DNA from: Octopus sinensis
Lineage: Eukaryota
Assembly: GCF_006345805.1 (NCBI RefSeq)
Contig: NC_042997.1
Location: 49,662,001 to 49,726,000, forward strand
Length of the DNA stretch: 64,000 bases
Direction of reading: 5' to 3'
A program made the position numbers and the translations under genes. Of this stretch, positions 24,871 through 36,270 are shown one piece after another. Every line of letters begins with the position of its first letter. The first letter of the stretch is position 1. The notes below the pieces were generated by a model. It saw nothing but the letters and a program-made list of their open reading frames with translations. It made no database searches and was not told the origin of the DNA.

Positions 24871-25119
24871 GCTGAGAATAAAAATTCTTTTTATAAATTT
24901 TTCCTTCCCTAAGACATACCACTGCCAGCGGGAATGACTGTTTAAGGATCTGAGAAATTGTAATTGCCCCCACCTCCACTATTTTAATTCTCTCACTGTG
25001 GCCGTAGTAACAGTGACCACGGTGGTTGTAGTAGTGGTAGTGTTAGTGGGAGCAGTCGTAGTGGTTGTGGTAGAGTTTCGTTTTTTTTCTTTTTCGGAAG
25101 ACCAATGTTTTGTTTTAAT

Positions 25120-25712
25120 ATTCCTGGCCCAGGGTGTTCAAACTTGGTCTAAATTTTTTGATGAAATAAAGTTCTTTATTTTGGCGTTGCGTGAAGGTTA
25201 CGCTGTCACTGAATTTGTAAAGTTGTAAATTTCGGATTTTCATTTGCAGCACATCTATCTATGTGTCCGCTGACCGGTATTTTCCGGTATTCAGGGTTTC
25301 TAATTTGTGATTTATGCACCGCCATCCTGTTACGTAAGCTATTTTTTGTATGGCCTATATATTGCCTATTGCAGCCTGCGCATGTTAAGACGTAAATTAG
25401 GTTTTTTGATGCACAGGTGAAGTTTGTTCTAATGGTGAACTGATGGCCTTGTTCTAGTATAAATTCTGAACCTTCTACTAAGATGACGCAGATTCCGCAG
25501 TTGGGCCGTCCACATTTTCTAACTGCTGGTTTTGTGGTTGATGTTGGGTGCAGTTTAGCTTGGGTTAAAATCCTTTTCAAGGATTTTGGTTGCCGTTTAC
25601 TTATAATGATGGTGTGTGTTTCGAGGATCCGGTTCATCTTTAGGTCTCCCTTTAGTAGGGCTGTGCTTTGTAGTATGGTGCTGAAGGCCTCATTGTTAAG
25701 TGGGTTGTGTAC
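25120..25712 (-). pseudogene. Penelope-type linker plus GIY-YIG endonuclease, one frameshift near 25220
   Basis: HNP...SKRQPKSLKRILT...CGRPNCGIC...FTCASKNLIYVLTCAGCNRQYIGHT...LRNRMAVH; resumes as NKELYFIKKFRPSLN. Confidence 0.9.
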
Positions 25713-25795
25713 TTTTTATGTATATAGCATGGACTCTATTGAATGTATGAAACAATTATGAACTATTCCATTATAATCTTTATTATAAAAAAATT

Positions 25796-25840
25796 CTTTT
25801 TGATAAGGTTCGTTACTTCAAGAACCGAAACATGTAAAAA
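25796..25840 (+). ncRNA. Minimal type I hammerhead ribozyme with U3:A8 core
   Basis: UUUU-UUGAUAA-GGUUC(10 nt)GAACC-GAAA-C-AU-GUA/AAAA; predicted cleavage after 25836. Confidence 0.7.
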
Positions 25841-26572
25841 TTAAAATTTATCTAATATAGTGGCATTTTTAAACTCCTTTTTTACAAATATATACCCACT
25901 CGTATACGATCTAATCTTATTATAAATATATATATATAATTGAATAAGATAGAATCTACAAGAAGGAATACGGTTAGACAGTTATTTAATAATCACTACA
26001 CATGTTTCCATAAAACATAGATCATCATATATACAGGAATTAAAATATAGTACCTGCTATTTGGTAATTCTAAGGGGGAACGAGCTCTATTTTGTACACT
26101 GCTACATTCCTCTTAAATATATATACATATTCGCCTTTCGGTTAGTTCGCCTTCCGATCTCTTTTCTATAAATATGATTTTTGACCAATTAATCTTTTCG
26201 ACAACGTACTCCAAGCAGTGGGAAGATGGGTGGTGCTGCCGTACAATCAGTGCTGTGGGTGGATAAAGCAGGTCAGTCTAGGAAGGCAGGTCATCTAACA
26301 CATATCGGTTTGACAATCGTGGGATCAAATAAAATTGTGGGTGTATGTATTTGTGCACTATCTTTCACTATCTTTCTTTCCGAATTGTCTTAGGTCAATT
26401 CGCCTTTCAGCCAATAAGCTTACGAACGATATGTGTTTAGACCAATTTGTTTTTAATGAATGCTCCTAGAACCCTAACTGCAGAAATTCGGGATGATACC
26501 GTTTCCCGTTCAATGTCCTCTTATCACTTCATCTAACCCTCACCATCAAGAGCTTCATCCGTCATATATCTT

Positions 26573-26968
26573 TTTTACTCTAGGCACAAGACCCGAAATT
26601 TTTGGGGAAGGTCCAGTCGATTAGATCGACTCCAGTACGCAACTGGTACTTAATTTATCGAACCCGAAAGGATGAAAGGCAAAGTTGACTTCGGCGGAAT
26701 TTGAACTCAGAACGTAACGGCAGACGAAATACCTATTTCTTTACTATCCACAAGGGGCTAAATACAGAGGGGACGAACAAGAATAGACAAACGGATTAAG
26801 TCGATTATATCGATCCCAGTGCGTAACTGGTATTTATTTAATCGACCCCGAAAGGATGAGAGGCAAAGTCGACCTCGGCGGAATTTGAACTCAGAACGTA
26901 AATGCAGACGAAATACGGCTACGCATTTCGCCCGACGTGCTAACGTTTCTGCCAGCTCGCCGCCTTTC
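26573..26968 (-). mobile_element. SINE family B dimer
   Basis: Two bodies with different tails inside the TSD ttcatccgtcatatatc. Confidence 0.92.
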
Positions 26969-27099
26969 ATCCGTCATATATCGACTTTAAAATGTTTTAA
27001 ACCGTTAATCAGTCGTATCAATGTCATCAATGTTGAAGTACCTGAAAAAGTCATGGACTCTGCCATTTTCTAATTAAACTATCCATAGAAAAATAAAAT

Positions 27100-27480
27100 A
27101 GATGTAACCTTCAGGTTTGACTCATTGGAGTTGTCTATTTCTCCCACTGCTATAACTGCTACTGAGTACTCTTGCAGACATCTTAAATCGCACTAGCAAA
27201 GCAATTCGACTGACACATATGAAGTTGCTTGTCAACATACATCAGTCTCTGGTCCACAGACATGTTATCTTCTCAGTCTGTCTTCTCCACTGCAACTATA
27301 GTGGCCTTTGCTCCCTGGAACAAGCTTTCCTCGTACTTACATCCGCAAAGGTACTACAGACTAATTTGTTTCCCCAGTTCATGTAACCCATATTGCCTCC
27401 TCTTTCCTAGCTTTACATTAACCAATTTACGCAGTGCTGTGTATACAAATGAAAATTGTGTACAACCCGTCTGATGGTCT
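27100..27480 (+). mobile_element. Decayed LINE C-terminal relic
   Basis: Fragments such as SKAIRL resemble the post-RT region of CR1/Jockey-like LINEs; many stops. Confidence 0.35.
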
Positions 27481-27879
27481 GAACAGTTTAGCATCACCAC
27501 CGGGCCCTCCATTATCTTGAACGGACTCCATTTTGTTAAAACAGATAACTTATTCCCTTCCTTCTACTTGTCCTGGAAGCCCCACAGAAGTGTAATGGCT
27601 AAGCAATTAAAAAAAGAAGAAATTAAATAGTATTTCAGTCTCAAAATACCAAAGGTTTTTTTGAGTTAAACCCTATAAATGCAATTAATATTTATTTGCT
27701 GAGAACTAAACTAACTTTGAACAAAGATTATATATGTATCATATTTTAATAAATTAGATTAAAAATTAATTGAGTCATACGACAACAAACTAACCTTGAA
27801 CAAAGTTTATATACATATTTTAATTAATTGGAATAAAAATTGAGCGAATCATACGACAATCAAATATCCGCACACTCAT

Positions 27880-28050
27880 TGTTTTTGTTTGATCTCATGT
27901 CAAGCCACATCAAAGGCATTCCCGCTAAGAAATTCTAATTTTTTCAGACATAGTGTACCTAAGACTAGGTTGTCCAATGTATTCTCCTAATGAGACTAAA
28001 GTTTGTGATTTAAGGGAGACATAGCTGCTTTTTGTCGAAAGTCGACCAAC
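27880..28050 (-). repeat. Family E relic
   Basis: Inverted, diverged match to 60-245 and direct match to 41715-41925. Confidence 0.45.
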
Positions 28051-28159
28051 CAAAGAAAAGCTACTTTGAAACTATTCTTTCAATAATTTCGTGTCGTTTG
28101 AGCCATTTGAGTTTTCTACAAATTTTAACAGATAGATGTAATTATATGGAAAAAAAAAT

Positions 28160-28310
28160 AACTAACTTGGTTTCAAATTTTCGCACAAGGCCACTAATTT
28201 CGGGGAAGGGATCAATTAGTTCAACTCCAGTGCTCAACTGGTACTTATTTTATCGACTCCTAAAGTATGAACGGCAAAATCGACCCTGGCGAAATTTGAA
28301 CTCAGAACAT
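28160..28310 (-). mobile_element. SINE family B, 5'-truncated
   Basis: Family body and alternative tail. Confidence 0.75.
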
Positions 28311-28719
28311 GTAGATGGTTGAAAAATAACCATATTAACATGATAAATGTAATAAAAAGATAAATTTAAGTTATAACAAAGATATGATTGTCAAGAAATG
28401 TTAGACCGTTAAATAAATGTGTTTAAACAAGAATTAAAATCATTTATTCAGCAGAAACAAGAATTAAAATCATCAATTTGAAAGAAAAAAACGTTACAAA
28501 ATGGTGGGATTAATTATAAGATTTCTTTTGGGGATTAATCTTGTTCAACCTTGTTCTAAGTTACAAAACTGTCGCGTGAGACTTTAAATGCCCCGGGTCA
28601 AGTTCTGAGGTTATCTATACCCCATGTCTCCAAATGTGTGGTATGGTGTTTATGCAACAAATCATAATGATGTTAGGTGTACAACATTAATACGTAAAAA
28701 TCTAACTATGTAACAGTAT

Positions 28720-29372
28720 ATATAAAGACATGGCGGTGTGGTTCATTAGCTCGCTTTGCAGCCATGTGGTTTCAAGTTCAATTACACAGTGAGGCACCTT
28801 TGGCAAGTGTCTTTTGATATAGGCGAAGCAGATCAATTCACTTCTGAGTGAATATATTAGACAGAAACTGTAGAAGGCGGTGAGCTGGCAGAAACGTAGG
28901 GCGAAATGCGTAGCTGTATTTCGTCTGCCTTTATGTTCTGAGTTCAAATTCCGCCTAGGTCGACTTTGCCTTTCATCCCTTCGGAGTCGATGAAATAAGT
29001 ACCAGTTACGCACTGATGTTGATATAATCGACTTAATCCATTTGTCTGTCCTTGTTTGTCTTCTCTGTTTAGCCCCTTGTGGGCAATAAAGAAATAAAAA
29101 ACAGTAGAAACCCGTCATGCGTGCATGTATGTATGAATGTATGTACGTCTGTATGTATAATGCGTGAGTGTGGTGTGTGTGTGTGACTTTGTATTTATGT
29201 TCGTTGACAGCCGGTGTTGGCTTGGTTACGTCACCGTGACTGGGAAAAGAGACTGATAGAATAAGTACCCGATTAAAAAAAAATTAGTACTAGGCTTGAT
29301 TTGTTTGACGAAGCTCTTGAAGGCGGCACCCCGGCATGATTGCAATCCTATAATTGAAACAAGTCAAAGATA
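28720..29372 (+). mobile_element. Old SINE-A interrupted by a SINE-B at 28873-29100
   Basis: A head 28720-28870 resumes at about 29105 and runs to the A tail. Confidence 0.8.
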
Positions 29373-29442
29373 AAAGATATATATATATAATACACGCACG
29401 CGCACATGTTCACACACACATGCACACACACACATATGTATG

Positions 29443-29490
<48 letters not shown>

Positions 29491-29899
29491 CCAGTCTCAG
29501 GCGAGCACTTACTTTATCAGACAAACAAAGGGAAAGGAAAGCGAATTGTATAAGTAGTGATTTGAACAGCTTTTATCTAAGTGATCCGCTCATTTGTAAA
29601 GTCTTATCGAAATAACGAAGCTGATTGATAAAGGTTGTGGTTTTCTTTGGGTCTTAATGAGATAATTGCTTGGTGTTTCGCAAGTACCTGCAACAGGAGC
29701 TATTCTCGTTATATAGTTTTAACCGAAAGGGTTCCGGCTGAATATCTTAAGTGGATCACCTGTTTTATTGTTTTAATGGGGTTTTGTTTTAACTCTATTG
29801 ATTTTGTTTAGAACTGCAATTATCATCGATTTTTTTATTATCTCACTTATTACGTTTTTTCATGCATTTCGGATATTATTACAAAACTTTCTTCATAGA

Positions 29900-30280
29900 C
29901 GTAGGCGTGGCTGTGTGGTTGATGAAGCTTGCTTCTAAACCATGTGGTCTTAAGTTCAGTCCCACTGTGTGGCTCCCAGCCGAATAAACCCTTGCGACTG
30001 AATTTAGTGGACAGAAGTAGAAAGAAGCCCGTCATACCCACACGTGTGTGTGTGTGTGTGTTTTTTTTTGTCGTATTTGTCCCGCATAACCGCTTGACAA
30101 CTGGTGTTGATGTGCTTACGTCCGCGTAACTTCGTGGTTCGGCGAAAGACGCCGATAAAAGAAGTATTAAACTTTAAAAAGTAATAAGTACTGGGGTCGA
30201 TTTGTTCGACTAAAACTCTTCATGGTAGTGCCCCATCAGGGCCACAGACCAATGACTGAAACAAGTAACAAACAAGAAAG
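29900..30280 (+). mobile_element. SINE family A
   Basis: Head, body and tail recognisable. Confidence 0.85.
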
Positions 30281-30584
30281 AAAAAAATAATGGTTTAGTT
30301 CCATGCTATTATTGCTGTAATTAACCCGGGAACATTACACTGGTGATTGACTCAATTTGGGATCGAACATCTAGTCTAATAGTCGACAATTCGTACTATG
30401 TCACAAGTACTGCATCATGTCCCCAGTGAAGACTCTAAGCAAGGCATTCTCAAAGCCTTTTTCAATAATATCCTTTCATAGTACAAGCAGTGTTGTCTTA
30501 TCTCATATAAAAGTATACAGTAAAATGATTGGATACCATACGAAAGGCGATAGACATGGATTGTTTGTATTTAATTCAAGAAGA

Positions 30585-31280
30585 AGCCTAAGGTGGCGAG
30601 CTGACAGAGTCGTTACGACGTCAAGCAAACTGCTTAGTAGCATTTAATCTGTCTTCGTGTTCTGAGCTCAAAATTCCGCCGAGGTCGACTTTGCATTCAT
30701 CCTTTCGTGGTCGATAAAATTAGTATCAGCTGAATACAAGGGTCAATCTAATCGTTTTAACCTCTCTGCTGAAATTGTTGCCCTTGTGCCAAAATTTGAA
30801 ATTAATTTAATAAAAAGCTGAGGGCAGTGAGTTCGTAGAATTGTTACAGTGCCGATTCAAATGTTTTGTGGTATTTCTTCCGGCTCTTTTCGATATAAGT
30901 TCCAATCCAGTCAACCGAGGTTAACTTTATTTTTCATCCTTTCGGCCGGGGGTCGGTATAATAAGTAAAAGTGGAAGAATGGAATCGGTGTAATCAACCT
31001 ATCCCCCTTCCCTCAAAATTGATGTCCTTGTGACAAAATTAAAAATAATCATTTGGTTAAGGCAGTGAGCTGGCAGAATCGTCAGCACGTCGGACAAAAT
31101 GCTTAGTGGCATTTCTTCCGGTTTTACGTTCTGAGTTCAAATTCCGGCAATTCCAAAATACTTCGCATGTCTATCTTTCGGAATCAGTAAAATAAGTACC
31201 AGTCGAATACTGGGGGAATGTAATCGACTATCCGACTTCCACAAAATTCCTGGCCTTGTGCTTTTACTAGACAGATTAAA
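30585..31280 (+). mobile_element. Three consecutive diverged SINE-B copies
   Basis: Heads at about 30590, 30820 and 31060, each ending in a ccttgtg tail. Confidence 0.8.
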
Positions 31281-31594
31281 CAAATTTAATAACACGCTGT
31301 AAATGAACACCCAACCTCATTCGAAAATTTGGAAAAAGACAAAAACACAAATCTCGTTGTTTCCGAAAAAGTGAAACTAGTCTTGAGAATTGGTAGAATA
31401 CCTCACCGAATGTATGTCACAGTCTTCTGACCTAACTTCACTCCCGACGGTTTCTTCAAGTATTGCTTATTCAGAGAAATGTCAACGTCCTATAAAATTT
31501 AAGTTTTATATTTCACCAGATTTAATTTTTCAAATACGTCATATGTTGCCGTTTATTCTCTTTGTATTTCGCCTTTTCCTTTCATCTCACTAAA

Positions 31595-31625
<31 letters not shown>

Positions 31626-31863
31626 AGTGTGTGTGATTGTGTGTGTGTGTGTGTGCGAGAGAGAGAGAGAAATGGTTTTTGTGTCACATTGACTTTTCAG
31701 GGGCTTCTTATCAAACACACGTGCAACTGTCATTATTGACATGCACAAATACACAAACACACATGTGGAGATATACATACACAGATGCATAGATACATAG
31801 ATACATACATTCATACATACACATACACATCAATATGTATGTATATACATGAATATATATGCA

Positions 31864-33445
31864 GCTCACAGCTGCACCTGTTTGCTTCTCCCCCTTCCCT
31901 CCCTCGTGAAGCTGTGGGGAAGGGAGTGTAAAGAAATCAACGTCGTAATGCGTTGTGAAGGAGACCAGCGTTCTTTTAGAACAACGACTTCATGGCTTGA
32001 AGACACCAAAACAAAAATGGCTAAGAAAGCCCGAATTGGCATCTAAAAATGCTTATATAGTTATTTCCCTTACAAACCCGAGCAACGCCGGGCGATACTG
32101 CTAGTATATATATAAAACTGTAGTTGTGTGAGTGTCTGTCTCCTACGATTTAGATTCCTAACTCCTCCCACATTTTGCGGTGCAGTTTAATGCATAATTT
32201 TTCGTGTGTCGATGGCGGCGGAGTTGGCGTCCACGCTCGAACACCTGCACCTGTGTTTGCTTCTCCCCCTTCTTCCCTCCCTCGTGAAGCTGTGGGGAAG
32301 GGAGTTTAAGGAAATCAACGTCGTAATGCGTTGTCAAGGAGACCAGCGTTCTTTTAGAACAACGACTTCATGGCTTGAAGACACCAAAACAGAAATGGCT
32401 TAGAAAGCCCGAATTGGCATCTATAAGGGAAGTAACTCTCTAAAAATGCTTATATAGTTATTTCCCTTACAAACCCGAGCAACGCCGGGCGATACTGCTA
32501 GTGTATATATATATATATATATATATATGCCAATTCGGGCTTTCTTAGCCATTTCTGTTTTGGTGTCTTCAAGCCATGAAGTCGTTGTTCTAAAAGAACG
32601 CTGGTCTCCTTGACAACGCATTACGACGTTGATTTCCTTAAACTCCCTTCCCCACAGCTTCACGAGGGAGGGAAGAAGGGGGAGAAGCAAACACAGGTGC
32701 AGGTGTTCGAGCGTGGACGCCAACTCCGCCGCCATCGACACACGAAAAATTATGCATTAAAATGGAATAAAAAATGATGTTAAATTATTTTTAAAATCGT
32801 AGACTCATCGTAGACGCGCGCTAATACTCAGACGGGCTTGATATGAATCACGACTATAAGATACCCGAATTTGGTTAAACTGCACCGCAAAATGTGGGAG
32901 GAGTTAGGAATCTAAATCGTAGGAGACAGACACTCACACAACTACAGTTTTATATATATACTAGCAGTATCGCCCGGCGTTGCTCGGGTTTGTAAGGGAA
33001 ATAACTATATAAGCATTTTTAGATGCCAATTCGGGCTTTCTTAGCCATTTTTGTTTTGGTGTCTTCAAGCCATGAAGTCGTTGTTCTAAAAGAACGCTGG
33101 TCTCCTTCACAACGCATTACGACGTTGATTTCTTTACACTCCCTTCCCCACAGCTTCACGAGGGAGGGAAGGGGGAGAAGCAAACAGGTGCAGCTGTGAG
33201 CGTGGACGCCAACTCCGCCGCCATCGACACACGATGCATTTTATGCATTAAAATGGAATAAAAAATGATGTTAAATTATTTTTAAAATCGTAGACTCATC
33301 GTAGACGCGCGCTAATAGCCAGACGGGCTCGATATTAATCACGACTATAAGATACCCGAATTTGGTTAAACTGCACCGGAAAATGTGGGAGGAGTTAGGA
33401 ATCTAAATCGTAGGAGACAGACACTCACACAACTACAGTTTTATA
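31864..33445. mobile_element. Four non-autonomous Helitron-like units arranged as a quasi-palindrome
   Basis: 3' ends cccgagcaacgccggg...CTAG followed by T at 32104 and 32501 on plus and at 32961 on minus; arms are mirror images. Confidence 0.85.
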
Positions 33446-33460
33446 TATATATATATTATA

Positions 33461-33492
<32 letters not shown>

Positions 33493-33581
33493 CATATATA
33501 TTTATACATACATACATATTTATACATACATACATACATATATACATACACATACATATACATAAATAGATACATACTTAT

Positions 33582-33622
<41 letters not shown>

Positions 33623-34079
33623 GATATTACAGACAAGAAAGTAATATTTCGAATGCAGTATGGCTGTGAAAACAGCAGAAAGATTGAGTTCGATACTCGG
33701 CGTTCCGCATCTCCGATCTTGGGACAATTGTGGACAAGGTACATACAAGTAGCATATAATAGACACGCTGGTAATGCTGGAATTTCCTTATAAGCTCAAA
33801 TGGGCGAAGAAAAAGATCGTTGAGAACTTTACCGTTAGATAGAGGAGGTTAGATAAGCTTATACAAAAATGATGTAAATAAGCATGCGAAAAATATGAAA
33901 GGAAATTCAGAAAACTTATATACATGTACCAGGATATAAAAATATGTGTTTTGCATAACTACAAACGTTGCAAGGAAGATAACTCCCAATTTTTAGGGAT
34001 CTAAACCATATGAATTTTAAAAAAAATGGGAAAACATCCTAAAGTTATGCATTTTGTTCTGAAGTACCCATTTGTGGGT

Positions 34080-34300
34080 ATACAAGGGGGTGCTGAAAAG
34101 ATCCTGGCTTTGGGCAAAAGAAAACACAGGAGGATTAGTTGATTATGATTTTATTCAACATTTTCCCCTCTCAGATTCACACACATTGCAGCGGTCCTTC
34201 GGTTTTTCTAATTCCTGTAAAAGAACTCGGAAGGTTGGGCCTCCAGCCAGGCCTTTCACGAGACCCTTATAGCCAAGAACTTTCCACCATCCGCTCATCT
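34080..34300. mobile_element. Mariner-derived MITE
   Basis: Left end tacaagggggtgctgaaaagatcctggct; degenerate inverse agccaagaactttccaccatcc at right. Confidence 0.6.
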
Positions 34301-34314
34301 ATTTGAATTTATAG

Positions 34315-34692
34315 GCGCAGGAGTGGCTGTGTGGTAAGTAGCTTGCTTACCAACCACATTGTTCTAGGTTCAGTCCCACTGCGTGGCATCTTGGGTAAGT
34401 GTCTTCTACTATAGCCTCGGGCCGACCAAAGCCTTGTGAGTGGATTTGGTAGGCGGAAACTCAAAGAAGCCAGTCGTATATATGTATATGTATATATATG
34501 TGTGTGTATATGTTTGTGTGTCTGTGTTTGCCCTCCTAGCATTGCTTGGCAACCAATGCTGGTGTGGTTATGTCCCCGATAGAATAAGTACTGGGTTTAC
34601 AAAGAATAAGTCTCGGGGTTGATTTTCTCAACTAGAGGTGGTGCTCCAGCATGGCCGCAGTCAAATGACAGAAGCAAGTAAAAGAGTAAAGA
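34315..34692 (+). mobile_element. SINE family A
   Basis: Colinear with the family. Confidence 0.92.
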
Positions 34693-35129
34693 GTATATGT
34701 ACCAACATGCAAAACAGCTAGTTCTGAAATCTCTATATAAGGAGTACCTCTTCTGAAAAGTAATGGTTGTTGCCATATCAACATGGCTGTTCCATACGGA
34801 ACAACGTTATTACACTTTTTTAACCTCAGGAGAGCCTTCCTTCAGCTGGTTGACAACACAACCGATATATTGCGAATCCCTACCATCTAATGATTTGTAG
34901 ACCAGCATAGTTTCAGGGTATTTGCCCTTCTTTAGCACGAGACACTTGTCTGCTAGAGATGGCAGTTGTTCACCCCAACTCGCAATATATAGAAGAAGAA
35001 GCGACATTCAGCCACCAACAAAGTAGCTAGTTCCAAAATCTCTATAAGAGTTGTAAGTAGTAACTCTATAAGTAAGTAATGCTTGTTGCCACATCAACAT
35101 GGCTGTTCCGCAGGAACCAACATTACTAC

Positions 35130-35345
35130 TCTTTGGCTGTGTGGTAAGTATCTTGCTAACCAACCACATGGTTTTGGGTTCAGTGCCACTGCGTAGCACG
35201 TTGGGCAAGTGTCTTCTACTATAGCCTCGAGCCGACCAAAGCCTTCCTGATTGGAAGAAGAAGAAGAAGAAGAAGAAGAAGAAGAAGAAGAAGAAGAAGA
35301 AGAAGAAGAAGAAGAAGAAGAAGAAGAAGAAGAAGAAGAAGAAGA
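35130..35345 (+). mobile_element. SINE-A 5' part followed by (GAA)n
   Basis: Head to gccgaccaaagcc, then about 30 GAA units. Confidence 0.85.
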
Positions 35346-35994
35346 AACGATAACTCTGTTCAATAGATAACAGGCGAAGCCCCTTCTGAATAAATTCAGA
35401 AGTGATTTCTCAAATACTTCCCAACAATCATAGATAATCTGAAGGCAAAGTAAGATGGTGTAAAATGTGGGTGTAAAATTCATGTAGAAATGAACAGCGT
35501 TTCCGCAGAACAACAAACAATGGTTTGTATATTGAAAATGGGATTGGAAGGAATTAATTATGCTAAAATGTGAGATGATCCTCCCGTTCAGTTGTTTAAT
35601 CCTTGGAATGAAATAATTTATAGAGGCGAAAATATTTACAAAGGAATGTTAGTAAATGACATTGTTATAGAATATACTGATAACAAATATCAAGAAAACT
35701 GTGTATGATAAGGGGATTGACTGTACTATTTATATAAAGACAAAAGTGTCTTGTGTGATCCTTATTTTGTTTAGTCCTTTATTGTTTTGTTCACTGTGGA
35801 ATTTATGGTGTTGAAACAATATACATTAGTAGAACATATTTCTTTCCCTAGGAATCTAGGCAACTGCATTATAAATTTGATATTTGCCTTTAATAGAAAT
35901 ATAATTGTGAAAGAAATATTTGTAAATAGTCCCATTATCAAAATACCCTCGTCTCTTACTCCATTTACAACTCCCGTTTATTTTTGATGATAAA

Positions 35995-36130
35995 GTCTCC
36001 GTCAGTTTCGACAATGAGCATTCAGGTGTTCGATCACCTGAACTATTTGCTCATTAAATTAACATGTAAGTGGTCGAGTATTCTATGATGACGTGCATTT
36101 TTAACGTAATCCTGGGGCCGAAACATCGCG
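35995..36130 (-). mobile_element. SINE family C 3' relic
   Basis: Diverged reverse complement of 18150-18250. Confidence 0.4.
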
Positions 36131-36165
36131 AGAAGATGTGTGATTAGGAAGGATAATTTAATTAG

Positions 36166-36270
36166 AGGAGTGGTTCTCAACCATTTTTTGCTTGTGGGCC
36201 CCTTCGATTCCTAACTTTACTCGGGTGGACCCTCAATGCCATTTGTCATGTTTAAAAATCCCATTAGATT
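36166..36270 (+). mobile_element. hAT-type MITE end fragment
   Basis: agtggttctcaacc resembles the CAGTGGTTCTCAA TIR of hAT/Charlie elements; other end not found. Confidence 0.45.

Larger units (their letters stand above)
23975..25895 (-). mobile_element. 5'-truncated Penelope-like element with inverted terminal segments
   Basis: GIY-YIG remnant; 23980-24160 is the near-exact reverse complement of 25715-25895. Confidence 0.85.
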
